A stretch of DNA of 64,000 nucleotides, from positions 1,174 through 65,173 of the forward strand of contig NZ_JBHYEI010000001.1 in the NCBI RefSeq assembly GCF_051860225.1, read 5' to 3'. Both the position numbers and the translations under genes were made by a program. Below the pieces are notes generated by a model, which was not told the origin of the DNA, ran no database searches, and was given only the letters and a program-made list of their open reading frames with translations. Origin of the DNA: Sediminibacterium sp. GTDB lineage: Bacteria > Bacteroidota > Bacteroidia > Chitinophagales > Chitinophagaceae. Below, in pieces: positions 21,960 through 32,095 of the stretch. Every line of letters starts with the position of its first letter. The first letter of the stretch is position 1.

Positions 21960-23162
21960 CTATTTAATTATTTTACCGATGATTAAATTATAAGAAATAT
22001 CAATATGAAAATAATTGTTTAAAAATCTCCATGAATTTTCACCTAATTCAACTAGATTATCTGCTTTAACCAATTTTTGAATAGCATCTTGCATTCCAAT
22101 TTGGTCACCTGAATTTACATTTATACCACAGTTATTTTCTTCAATCATCTTACCTAAGTCAGTAGATTTATCAGTTGCAGAAATTACTGGCTTACACATT
22201 TCCAAATATGATAACAATCTTGAAGGAAAATTAGGGATAGTGAAATCTCGATGCAAGAAAATGAGACCTATATCACATGCAGCTAATAGATTATCATACT
22301 CGTTTTTTGGCAACCCACTCAATAATAAAGCATTTTTCGGCATTTTAATGTTAAACCAATTTGAAACCATTTTATATTCTGTTCCATTCCCTATTATCAA
22401 AAAAAACACATTCGAGTACTTGCAATTAGTAATTGTATCTAATAAAAAATCTAGCCCTTGAGGTTTCCCTAAGTTTCCTCCATAAACTAAAATTTTTTTA
22501 TCTATTGGCAAATTGTACTTTATTCTAATTTCCTTACGACTTAATTCATCGTAAATGATTTTACATGGGAACAATGAATTAGGGTTAACTTCTACCTTAT
22601 TAGCATTTATATGGGGGTTATATTTTAAAATATATTTTCGATTTGCTTCAGACATACATCCAATTGAATCAGACAAATCGTATAATTGTTTCTCTCTTCG
22701 TTGAAAGAACTTATGTAAAAAGCTACCATACTTCATCATTCTCATGTCCACAGCGTTTTGCGGGAAAATATCTTTTAATAATAAATAGCTGTATGCGTTA
22801 TATGTTTTTTTTATGAATTTTATAATATTTATATAAGATATTGGTGGCGTAGAATATAAAACTAAGTCAAAACTAGTTGACTTTAATTCTTTTTTGATAG
22901 CATATAAATATTGATATTCAATAGCTAGAGTACCAATTCCTTTTTCGAAAATATTAGTCTTTTGGATATTTAAGGTTTTGACTTGCAGTATCGTAACACC
23001 CTCTTTTATTGAAATATTTGTTGCAATATTTCTTCTTCGTTCTACAGGTGTTATAACTGTAACTTTATGTCCTTCATCTCTAAACTTTCTTATCAAGTCT
23101 TCATAAATTCCTCTTGTTTCGATAGAATTAATATTTGCTAAGGTCAAAAAAAGAATATTCAT
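21960..23162 (-). CDS. GT4 WbuB-like (L-FucNAc) glycosyltransferase
   Basis: YSTPP, KDIFPQNAVD, YGGNLGKPQGLDFL, PNFPSRLLSY; adjacent to fnlABC. Confidence 0.85.
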   Translation of the reverse strand: MNILFLTLANINSIETRGIYEDLIRKFRDEGHKVTVITPVERRRNIATNISIKEGVTILQVKTLNIQKTNIFEKGIGTLAIEYQYLYAIKKELKSTSFDLVLYSTPPISYINIIKFIKKTYNAYSYLLLKDIFPQNAVDMRMMKYGSFLHKFFQRREKQLYDLSDSIGCMSEANRKYILKYNPHINANKVEVNPNSLFPCKIIYDELSRKEIRIKYNLPIDKKILVYGGNLGKPQGLDFLLDTITNCKYSNVFFLIIGNGTEYKMVSNWFNIKMPKNALLLSGLPKNEYDNLLAACDIGLIFLHRDFTIPNFPSRLLSYLEMCKPVISATDKSTDLGKMIEENNCGINVNSGDQIGMQDAIQKLVKADNLVELGENSWRFLNNYFHIDISYNLIIGKIIK

Positions 23163-23171
23163 ACTTTCAAA

Positions 23172-24314
23172 TTATTCCCCCCAAACTATACGTTTAACAT
23201 AACTCGAATAACTCAATATAATCCTTACCATCTTATCTGACACATTTGGCATGGAATAATCATTCACTCTTCTAAATGTTCTTTCTTCACCCGTTTTTTG
23301 AAGTGTTAATTGTGCTAAACCCTGTAATATCCTTTCAGTATTTAATCCAACCATCATCACAGATGTTTCTTCCATTGCTTCTGGCCTTTCGTGCGCATCA
23401 CGAATATTCAAAGCCCTAAAATTCATGATTGAAGATTCTTCACTAATGGTGCCACTATCAGAAAGTACAGCGTAAGCATTTAATTGTAATGCATTATAAT
23501 CAGAGAAGCCCATTGGCTTCTGCCACTGAATAAGTGGGTGCATTTCTCGCTTATCCTCATTTAAAGACTCTAAACGCTTCCTAGTCCGAGGGTGTGTAGA
23601 CACGATGATAGGATAACCGTAATTTTCTGCTATTTGGTTCAAAGCATCCAATAAGCCAAAGAAATTTTTATCGCTACTGATATTCTCTTCTCTATGTGCA
23701 GAAACAACAAAATATTTTTGCTTTTCTAAGCCTAACTGATTTATTATATCACTGGCTAAAATCTTAGGCATATAATGACCAATCACTTCAAACATGGGTG
23801 AACCAGTTTTGATGATTCGATCTGCTGACAAACCTTCTCTCAATAAATACTCACGAGCTATATCACTATAGGTTAAATTAATATCTGCAACATGATCTAC
23901 TATTTTCCTATTGGTTTCTTCTGGTACACGTTGATCAAAACATCTATTACCTGCTTCCATATGGAAAATAGGAATATGCCTTTTTTTTGCAGGTATTGCG
24001 CACAAGCAAGAATTTGTATCTCCTAATACTAAGAAAGCATCTGGTTTAACCTCTTCTAACAATGGATCTATATTAATCAGTATTTGGCCAACTGTTGCGG
24101 TGGCTGTTGCTCCAGCAGCGTTTAAGAAATAATCAGGCTTACGAACACCCATATCTTCATAAAAAACCTCATTTAATTCATAATCATAATTTTGACCCGT
24201 ATGTACAGTTATATGCTCAATAGCTGGACTTTCATCTAATGCTGCCATAACTCTAGATAGTCGAATAATTTCAGGTCTAGTGCCCACTACAGTCATTACT
24301 TTTAACTTCTTCAT
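23172..24314 (-). CDS. fnlC: UDP-N-acetylhexosamine 2-epimerase (FnlC/WbjD/Cap5G)
   Basis: VVGTRPEIIRL, HTGQNYDYELN, HMEAGNRCFDQRVPEE, SDSGTISEE, HERPE. Confidence 0.88.
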   Translation of the reverse strand: MKKLKVMTVVGTRPEIIRLSRVMAALDESPAIEHITVHTGQNYDYELNEVFYEDMGVRKPDYFLNAAGATATATVGQILINIDPLLEEVKPDAFLVLGDTNSCLCAIPAKKRHIPIFHMEAGNRCFDQRVPEETNRKIVDHVADINLTYSDIAREYLLREGLSADRIIKTGSPMFEVIGHYMPKILASDIINQLGLEKQKYFVVSAHREENISSDKNFFGLLDALNQIAENYGYPIIVSTHPRTRKRLESLNEDKREMHPLIQWQKPMGFSDYNALQLNAYAVLSDSGTISEESSIMNFRALNIRDAHERPEAMEETSVMMVGLNTERILQGLAQLTLQKTGEERTFRRVNDYSMPNVSDKMVRIILSYSSYVKRIVWGE

Positions 24315-24331
24315 TGATTAATCAGTATTTA

Positions 24332-25450
24332 TTATACAGTTTCAAAATAGGTATCTGGATTATTGGGGTCAAAAGGCTCGTTTATCCAAAAGTTGGTATA
24401 TAATACTTCATCCCCAATATTTTTGATATTATGTGTGAACCAAATGGGCATATCAACATAAGCAGGTTCCTCTCCGTCCAAATAGAAATCATACACTTCC
24501 TCCGTCCCAATTCGTCTTAATTGAATCAAAGCCTTCCCTTTAATAACAGCAAATCTTTCAATTTTTCTGGTATGGTAATGGTTGCCCCTTGTTATTCCTG
24601 GAACTGTTGTGGAGAACGACACTTGACCACCAATACCCAATCTTACTATTTCTACAAAAGCACCTCTAGCATCAATATGTTGAATGAACTTCTTTGGGAA
24701 GTAATTTTTGATGTCCATATAGCATCTGAAAGTATTGAACAATTGATGCTCATATAAATTGTTCAATACAGGTATTTCCCCTTTTTCTTGATATTGCTCT
24801 TTATACTTCAATAACAAATTCAAAATATCTGAAACTTTAGTTTCAGCTGTATGGGAAACAATATATTCTGGATTGAGATATTTATTTCTGATTGCTTTGA
24901 TGATCTCTTCTACTAATTCACCCACATAAATTAGCTTCAATTGGCCATCTACTTCAATTTTAGGAGTTTCATTTCTAGCAACTTGATGACAAAAAGTAGC
25001 AATTACAGAGTTATAAAAAGGATGACCAAAAGGACCAAATACATTGGGAATAACCATGCCAGTGAATACTGCTTTATTATCCTCCGCCCAATTAGATAGT
25101 AGTGTTCTGGCTTCTCTTTTAGACTTACCATAAATATTATCTCTTTCTTCTTGTGTTGAAGAAGAGATGATGACATGGGGAGTATGCTTTGTTCTATTAA
25201 GTGCTTCAACCAATTTACTAACTAAACCCACATTGGTATCATAAATAGCTTGCTGATCATTGTGCCGATTTAAAGCAGCTAAATGAACAATTACATCACA
25301 TTGTTGAACAAATGCATCTATTAAAGATTGATCATCAAAAAAAGATCGATCAAAATCAATTAATTGAAATTCAGCTGGAAACAATTTTAATGTCTGGTAT
25401 AAATGATATCCAACAAAACCATTCTGACCGGTAATTCCTATTTTTAGCAT
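24332..25450 (-). CDS. fnlB: UDP-L-FucNAc pathway reductase (FnlB/WbjC/Cap5F), SDR plus cupin
   Basis: GITGQNGFVG, PNVFGPFGHPFYNSVIATFC, RGNHYHTRKIERF. Confidence 0.87.
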   Translation of the reverse strand: MLKIGITGQNGFVGYHLYQTLKLFPAEFQLIDFDRSFFDDQSLIDAFVQQCDVIVHLAALNRHNDQQAIYDTNVGLVSKLVEALNRTKHTPHVIISSSTQEERDNIYGKSKREARTLLSNWAEDNKAVFTGMVIPNVFGPFGHPFYNSVIATFCHQVARNETPKIEVDGQLKLIYVGELVEEIIKAIRNKYLNPEYIVSHTAETKVSDILNLLLKYKEQYQEKGEIPVLNNLYEHQLFNTFRCYMDIKNYFPKKFIQHIDARGAFVEIVRLGIGGQVSFSTTVPGITRGNHYHTRKIERFAVIKGKALIQLRRIGTEEVYDFYLDGEEPAYVDMPIWFTHNIKNIGDEVLYTNFWINEPFDPNNPDTYFETV

Positions 25451-25456
25451 TGTGTT

Positions 25457-25876
25457 TTAATTAAAATAATTGATTTCAAAACGATACTCATCTTTTAATT
25501 CGCCCAATAAATAATCAGACATAGCCATTAATTTAGACCCCGCTTCTAATGCTTGTATACTCGTTATATGTCCATTTGGAACATACAAAACGCTAGTATT
25601 TTCAGCATTTAAATGAAATATATTTATTTTTAAGTCAGTGGAAGGATTTTCCCAACTGTCTAACCTAATCACATTGATTTTAAAAGAGCCACTAACACAA
25701 AGAAACCACCTTTTTTCTATTTTATGCCCCTGCCAACCACGTATAAAATCAAGAGCGCGATTCTCTATAAAGTAAATTCTTTTTACTTCTACAGCATTAA
25801 AATTATTATTGAAACAAATACTACCTCTTCCATCAGTAGCACGATTACCTTCAATAATAAATGGATTTTGACTCAT
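25457..25876 (-). CDS. WxcM/FdtA-like cupin sugar isomerase/epimerase
   Basis: DGRG, KRIYFI, RGWQGHKIEKRWF. Start set at ATG 25876. Confidence 0.7.
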   Translation of the reverse strand: MSQNPFIIEGNRATDGRGSICFNNNFNAVEVKRIYFIENRALDFIRGWQGHKIEKRWFLCVSGSFKINVIRLDSWENPSTDLKINIFHLNAENTSVLYVPNGHITSIQALEAGSKLMAMSDYLLGELKDEYRFEINYFN

Positions 25877-25877
25877 A

Positions 25878-26912
25878 TCAAATTGGCATTTGCTGCACAT
25901 TTTCTCCAAACACTTCTTTCCTTATCAAAGGTAAACTAGAAATTAACCTTTTTAAGCCTTGAACGCCCTGCTGCTCGGTATTATGTGAATGATAATCCTC
26001 AATCGTAGAAATATCTTGCTCCCCCTCAGAGAAGTATTTTGCATAATTTAAATCTCTATTATCCGCAGGTATCCGATAAAAGTCTCCCATATCTTCCGCT
26101 TTTATCATCTCTTCTCTAGTGCACAATGTTTCGTATAACTTCTCACCATGGCGTGTTCCAATAACTTTCACTTCCGTTTCTTTTCCAGTGAGTTCCATTA
26201 AGGCAGTAGCTAAGTCACCAATAGTTCCGGCTGGAGCTTTATTCACAAATAAATCTCCTGGATTACCATGTTCAAAAGCAAATAATACCAAGTCTACGGC
26301 GTCTTCCAATGACATAAAAAACCTTGACATTTTAGGATCAGTGATGGTGATAGGTTCACCTTTTTGAATTTGATTTAAAAACAATGGAATAACTGATCCG
26401 CGAGAAGCCATCACATTCCCATAACGAGTTAAACATACAACAGTATCAGTTAAGTTTCTTGCTTCTGCAACTGCTACTTTTTCCATCATTGCCTTAGAAA
26501 TACCCATGGCATTAATTGGATAAGCGGCTTTGTCTGTAGACAAACAAATAACTTTTTTAACGTTATTACTAGCCGCTGCACGTATCACATTTTGAGTCCC
26601 TTCCACATTCGTTTTTACCGCTTGCATTGGGAAAAATTCACAAGAAGGCACCTGCTTTAATGCAGCTGCATGAAAAATAAAATCAACCCCTCTTGTTGCT
26701 GGCTCAACAGAATTATAATCTCTTACATCTCCGATATAATACTTGATTTTACTGTTCCTATATAAATTACGCATATCATCCTGCTTCTTTTCATCACGAG
26801 AGAAAATACGTATTTCGCTGAAGTGGTCTGTTCGCAAAAATCTATTTAGAACAGCAGTACCGAACGATCCTGTGCCTCCAGTAATAAGTAGGGTTTTATT
26901 ATTAATTCGCAT
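25878..26912 (-). CDS. fnlA: UDP-GlcNAc 4,6-dehydratase/epimerase (FnlA/WbjB/Cap5E)
   Basis: TGGTGSFG, SRDEKKQDDMR, HAAALKQVPSCEFFP, LSTDKAAYPINAMG, GTRHGEKLYE. Start set at ATG 26912. Confidence 0.92.
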   Translation of the reverse strand: MRINNKTLLITGGTGSFGTAVLNRFLRTDHFSEIRIFSRDEKKQDDMRNLYRNSKIKYYIGDVRDYNSVEPATRGVDFIFHAAALKQVPSCEFFPMQAVKTNVEGTQNVIRAAASNNVKKVICLSTDKAAYPINAMGISKAMMEKVAVAEARNLTDTVVCLTRYGNVMASRGSVIPLFLNQIQKGEPITITDPKMSRFFMSLEDAVDLVLFAFEHGNPGDLFVNKAPAGTIGDLATALMELTGKETEVKVIGTRHGEKLYETLCTREEMIKAEDMGDFYRIPADNRDLNYAKYFSEGEQDISTIEDYHSHNTEQQGVQGLKRLISSLPLIRKEVFGENVQQMPI

Positions 26913-28104
26913 AACTTTGTTTGAGCATTTTATAAATTTTTTCACACTGTTTTTCAGGTGATTTGTTTTGCAAGATAAATTGTTTCGCCCTTTCACCAAA
27001 TTCCTGTAATTCATTTTGATTTTTATTGCAAACTGAAATAATTTTTTGATAAAGACTATAAATTGTTAAACTTTCAGGCACATAACAGAATTTAAAATAT
27101 TCATTGGGTATTCCAGGTAGTCTATAAAGTATACATGGTGTTCCTGATGCTAAATATTCAATTGTTTTTGACGGGAAAGAATATTTTGTAAATTCATCAT
27201 TAGGAATTCTAGGATTAACTAAAACAGTTGCACGAGCTTGCAAATTCAAAACTTGCTCACGTGGCATTTGACCGAATATTTTAATCCTAGAATCATTTAA
27301 AGCGATTTCTTCTAACTTTTTTCTAGCATCACCATCCCCGCATATCCAAAGTTGAAAATCTCTTTCTTTTATCATTAAAAAAGCTTCAACTAAATTTAGT
27401 ATTCCATATCGCAATGCAAGAGTGCCAGTGTATAATATAGTTTTAAGAATCTCTTTTTTACTTTTTAACACGTTACTATTTGGATTGTATATTCCCTCAA
27501 CTCTAACCCAAAGTCGATTGTTAACACGAAGTGGAATGTGCATAAAATCAGATAGTAATACAAATGAATCGACATTTTTAATCAAGTCATTTAAAAGAAT
27601 TTTTTCAAGATGCTTAAGAGTTCTCAATAAGAAACCTTCACTTTCATTCATGTATTCAGGTAAGTCTGGAACAATTAAACAGATTTTTATATTTGGATAA
27701 AGTTTCTTTAATTCAACAGTGGCTTTAATGAAAGGAGTGTGAATAGCATAAATTAAAATAGTTTCAGAGCCATCTTGAATTACACTATTTAATACTTTTT
27801 TTAAATTGTAATACCTTGAGATTAACTTATAAATTGGTAAATTTATAAACCCAACATTTAAATCATTTGATCCTGACTTGTGTGAAAATTTGAAAGATTT
27901 TATTTTTAAATCTTTATATCGAAGCGGATAAGAACCGATGTAAGGTAAATTCAAGATTTGTAAATTATCCGTTTGTGAGTCTAATCCTTCTACAATTGCC
28001 CATTGCAAAGAATCAGCAGCATATTGAACTACTCCTTTGCTTTTTTTGTGTATATCTTCTCTTATGTTTTCTGGGAACAACCCAGTCAAAAAAATTATTT
28101 TCAT
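26902..28104 (-). CDS. GT4 family glycosyltransferase
   Basis: YTGTL, ICGDG, YSFPSKTIEYLASG. Confidence 0.85.
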   Translation of the reverse strand: MKIIFLTGLFPENIREDIHKKSKGVVQYAADSLQWAIVEGLDSQTDNLQILNLPYIGSYPLRYKDLKIKSFKFSHKSGSNDLNVGFINLPIYKLISRYYNLKKVLNSVIQDGSETILIYAIHTPFIKATVELKKLYPNIKICLIVPDLPEYMNESEGFLLRTLKHLEKILLNDLIKNVDSFVLLSDFMHIPLRVNNRLWVRVEGIYNPNSNVLKSKKEILKTILYTGTLALRYGILNLVEAFLMIKERDFQLWICGDGDARKKLEEIALNDSRIKIFGQMPREQVLNLQARATVLVNPRIPNDEFTKYSFPSKTIEYLASGTPCILYRLPGIPNEYFKFCYVPESLTIYSLYQKIISVCNKNQNELQEFGERAKQFILQNKSPEKQCEKIYKMLKQSYAN

Positions 28105-28202
28105 TTATTAATCTGTTTCATCTGGAAATAAATTCAACAATACTCTCTTAACTCTATCTTTTTGATTAAAAGCTACCTATTGTTTTTTTAACTTTACATT
28201 TT

Positions 28203-28238
28203 GGTTAGTATTAAAAATATATATTTTTAATACTAACC
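28203..28238. repeat. Perfect 36-bp palindrome
   Basis: GGTTAGTATTAAAAATAT-ATATTTTTAATACTAACC: 18-bp arms with no loop. Confidence 0.95.
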
Positions 28239-28394
28239 TGCTGGTTGCAAATAAAGTGAGCCGAAAATTAAACAGGCTCAACGCACTTATATGTTTTAAT
28301 AGCATGTCCTTGAAGTTAGAACTCTAAACGCAACATGAAAAGATGATTTTTATAACCTATCATACGAGCATCTGAAATTCATCTTACTTGGCTT

Positions 28395-29070
28395 AAGCCA
28401 TTAAATGCCAAATTTACAATAAGACTCTACTGCTTTTTAAAGAATATTCAATTTCAATTAAAAATTCTTCTTAGTTGAAATCATCAATTGCACTGAAGAA
28501 TCTAAAGCTCTTTCATTCCTTATTGCATCAGTCATAAAATCTAAGTTTCAGGCTTGTGTGAATCAATCTGTTACCTCTATTATTTCTTTAATGTGATATA
28601 TTATGTTCGATTAGAAGTTCTTTAAAATTCAAATTTGTTTTTTTGAATAAAAATTAAACTCTGGATTCTTAAAAGTTAATTATAGTTCCCCAAACCTTCT
28701 TGTGATTGGCTCTCAAATTAAACTCATATATTGATAATGAAATTAATGTTTTCATATTTACTCTGGTAATACAAATTTTCTTTGTCTATTCTAATTGCCA
28801 GAACTGACCATGACTCGTTAGGGCGGTTCTTCTGTTTTCATTTGAATTTTTACTAGCTTGCTCCTTAATGATACTTAGTTTTAAGGAAGAATATAAAGTT
28901 TTTTCTGAGTGTATGTGCACCAACTTAACTGTATGGCGAATTTGGAGCACCTCCGTTTTAAATATATATTTTCATCTTCCCGCTCCTTATTAAGTTTGAT
29001 TTCATTGACTTTCAAGACACCATAATGCACCACTTATTTATAAAAAAGAATTTACTTATTTCATACTTTA
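28395..29070 (-). pseudogene. Heavily decayed IS3-family transposase remnant (orfA and orfB)
   Basis: Minus-strand fragments with stops and frameshifts: KYEISKFFFYK*VVHYGVLKVNEIKLNKEREDENIYLKRR (orfA-like), ANHKKVW (orfB NHKRV motif), LDFMTDA../SFRFFSAIDDFN*EEFLIEIEYSLKSSRV (integrase core). Confidence 0.72.
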
Positions 29071-29287
29071 GATGGGTTTCTTAGTATAATTTACCTTGCA
29101 TAAGCTTATTTAGAATTATAATAATATATGAGTGCCTAAGATGACTCTTTCTCCAATTTTCAGTTTATATATAAAATATTTTTGTATATATAAACACTTC
29201 CTCTTTGTGAGGATATCCTACTATTAAAAATAACTACACCATAGAGAAACAAAAAAAAATAGACCATACATAAGAAATCACCTTAAT

Positions 29288-30367
29288 CTACATCCATGAA
29301 TTTGAAGAAAAAATACTTTGGTAATTATAAAAATGTTTATGCCAAATACCAGATTGATCAAAAAAGTCAAAAAAAGACTTTAATATCATTAAAATATAAA
29401 TAGTTAGAATTAAGTATTTAGCAAGAATATTTTTAATGGCTTCAAACATCCAAGGAAAAGCAACTATAGAGAATATTGAAAAATAGAAACTCAATCTACT
29501 TATCATACTTGCGATTTCGGTAAAAAATTGAAAAAAAATGTAAAAGGAAAATAAAGTAAAGTAAAATTTAATTTTTTCAGGTTGATACTTTTGATGTAAC
29601 AATAAAACAATGAATAGTATGAAGTTAAATAAAACTCCTAAACCAGATGATTCTCCAAATGATTCAGTATCCATATAAAGTTCATATCTTTTGAATTGTT
29701 CAAAAATGAGTATTTTTAAAATTATACTACTCAACAAATCTGTTCCGATAAAATAAATTATGCAATAAAAAATTAACAAGTAAAATATTTGCTGAGTTGA
29801 AAGTGTGATATTTAAGAATCCTAAAAGGACAAAAGGTAATAAAATAAATGCCGTTGTATGCATCAAGGTTGCTAGAAGAATTAAAAGCAATGCTACTATC
29901 CAACGTTTATTATAAATAAACTCGGATGCTAGAATAAAAATACAAATTGCCAAAAATTGCCGCATCATAGAACTAAATACTAACATAAAACCAGTATTCA
30001 TTGAAAAGATGAAAATTGAAAGCCAATACCATTTCGGCGGAACATTTTTCTTTACTAGTAAATAAAGTATAAAAAATTCAAGTCCCGTTAAAACAATGTT
30101 CATCCCAAAAAAACCTATTGGCTGGAAAAATAAACAAATTAAAGTCCAACCAAATTCATTGTGACCCATAAAAGGATTCTCATCCTTATTTACCTCTTGA
30201 AACGAATCAAGATATCCAATATAATCATTACCAAAATTATATCTAAAACCAATAAATATAGCTAACAATAAAAATGACAGCTCCAAACAACCGTACCTAC
30301 TTCTCTGATATCGCGAAAGCCAAGAAATAAAAATGGCACTACCACTAATAATTAAAGATGCGATCAT
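29288..30367 (-). CDS. EpsG-family / Wzy polysaccharide polymerase
   Basis: Multi-TM; FRYNFGNDY, SMMRQFLAI, HTTA, RLSFYF. Confidence 0.8.
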   Translation of the reverse strand: MIASLIISGSAIFISWLSRYQRSRYGCLELSFLLLAIFIGFRYNFGNDYIGYLDSFQEVNKDENPFMGHNEFGWTLICLFFQPIGFFGMNIVLTGLEFFILYLLVKKNVPPKWYWLSIFIFSMNTGFMLVFSSMMRQFLAICIFILASEFIYNKRWIVALLLILLATLMHTTAFILLPFVLLGFLNITLSTQQIFYLLIFYCIIYFIGTDLLSSIILKILIFEQFKRYELYMDTESFGESSGLGVLFNFILFIVLLLHQKYQPEKIKFYFTLFSFYIFFQFFTEIASMISRLSFYFSIFSIVAFPWMFEAIKNILAKYLILTIYILMILKSFFDFFDQSGIWHKHFYNYQSIFSSNSWM

Positions 30368-31605
30368 TCAAATTTAATTTTGTCATAAATTGTCAATTGT
30401 ACATTCTTTATTAATTCAGGATCACAAAATTGACTCATTCTAAAAATTGATTTTGAAGAGAATGATTTTGCTAAATCGTTGTTTTCAAGAATTATATCAA
30501 TTTTAGAAGCTAAATCAATATAATCCATTGGAGAATAATAAAGAGCTATTTTATTTTCATTTGAAAAATTTGGCATGGCGCCTGCGAATGATAAAATCGA
30601 AGGTACGCCAAGGTATAGAGCTTCTGCACTTGCTACAGAATAAGATTCAACAAATGATGGATTTATGAAAATATTAGAATTAAGTAGTTGTCGACATATT
30701 TCTTGAGCATTTAAACTCCCCAAGAAATGTATACATTCATTTAAGCCCAATTTCTTTATTAGTGATATTAAAAAATGTATATACCCATCTTTTTTGTAAT
30801 ACGGTATTAAATATATGTTAGGACCAGCAATATTTAGTTTTAGACCTGGATATTTTTTTTTCAATAATGAAATACTTTTAAAAACAATATGCAATCCCTT
30901 GAATGGTAATACATACGATATAGATAAAAAAATTGTCGGACTATAATTTGGAATTGAGTTATCCCACTTAGCACTATTATAAAAAGGAGACCTAATAGGT
31001 ACTAGCGTTTTAAATATTTGAGAGGAGCCATTTATTTTAAATTTTAGCTGGTTTCTAACCCAATCTGATTGGGTTGATATATTTATTGAATTTGATATTA
31101 TCTCATCCTCTCGATTTATTTGTTTTTTTAATTTTTCCCTTGATACAGGCAAAAAACTGTTTAACTTAACTAACTCCTTGAAATGAAAACATTTAAAAAT
31201 TTCATGAATAGATAAGCCCCCGTAGAATACATTATAACATGAACTTAATAAACCTTGTATTTCTAGAATATAATTCCCTTTCAAAATCCCCCTACTAAAT
31301 AGTAGCCCCCAATATGCTTCAGTGCCCCAAATATGAATAATATCTGGTTCAATTTCATCAATTATTTTTTTAATTTGACAGATATCGATCTCTTTAGGTA
31401 ATCCGTTAATTAAACTATAATTTGGGATTATATATTCTTCAAAATCATTGTATTTTTTGTGATTAGTTTCAGAGATATATGAACTTGTGAGATTAAACAA
31501 CTTAACGTTATTTGAGATTATATTTTTCATGCCAAATAACCAAGAGCCTGAAGCAATACTTTCTTTTCCTCCAAGAATACAATTTGAAATCCATAATACT
31601 TTCAT
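30364..31605 (-). CDS. GT4 family glycosyltransferase
   Basis: PDIIHIWGTE, FKGLH, FINPSFVESYSVASAEALYLG. Confidence 0.85.
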   Translation of the reverse strand: MKVLWISNCILGGKESIASGSWLFGMKNIISNNVKLFNLTSSYISETNHKKYNDFEEYIIPNYSLINGLPKEIDICQIKKIIDEIEPDIIHIWGTEAYWGLLFSRGILKGNYILEIQGLLSSCYNVFYGGLSIHEIFKCFHFKELVKLNSFLPVSREKLKKQINREDEIISNSINISTQSDWVRNQLKFKINGSSQIFKTLVPIRSPFYNSAKWDNSIPNYSPTIFLSISYVLPFKGLHIVFKSISLLKKKYPGLKLNIAGPNIYLIPYYKKDGYIHFLISLIKKLGLNECIHFLGSLNAQEICRQLLNSNIFINPSFVESYSVASAEALYLGVPSILSFAGAMPNFSNENKIALYYSPMDYIDLASKIDIILENNDLAKSFSSKSIFRMSQFCDPELIKNVQLTIYDKIKFE

Positions 31606-31921
31606 AATCCAACAAAAACGAGTTAATAAATTTTATATATTATCAGATTCAAATAAAAAAAAGAGTAATCATCCGAAACAAGAACTAAGAAGCTTTTATC
31701 TCTTTGACTAAAACAAGCTTTCCATTTTTTGCACAAATAAAATGTATGATTTTGTCTTAAAATATTATAGTAATTAAATCTAAGACAAAGCTGAAGCAGA
31801 AATAAGCTTATCAGACTAATTTGCTTTTTTTAGCACACACTTAATTGATTTCTGAACGAAATTTCACTTGTTTTATCTCATTTAAAACGTTGGCAATATA
31901 TAATTGACTGAAATAGCCTTT

Positions 31922-31956
31922 AAAAAGGTTTAAATATGGAATTTAAACCTTTTTTT
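31922..31956. terminator. Bidirectional intrinsic-terminator-like hairpin
   Basis: AAAAAGGTTTAAAT-atgga-ATTTAAACCTTTTT: 14-bp stem with T-runs on both strands, downstream of the 32096 GT4. Confidence 0.5.
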
Positions 31957-32095
31957 CTACAAATAAACAATACACTTTTCGGGATGCTTTCCAAAGCAGC
32001 AAACATCTTTACTAACAGAACCTCCAAAACAGAAAAAAAAATTCAAGAATATACTATTTAAATATTAAGGTGATTCACCAAAAATTGAATAGAAG

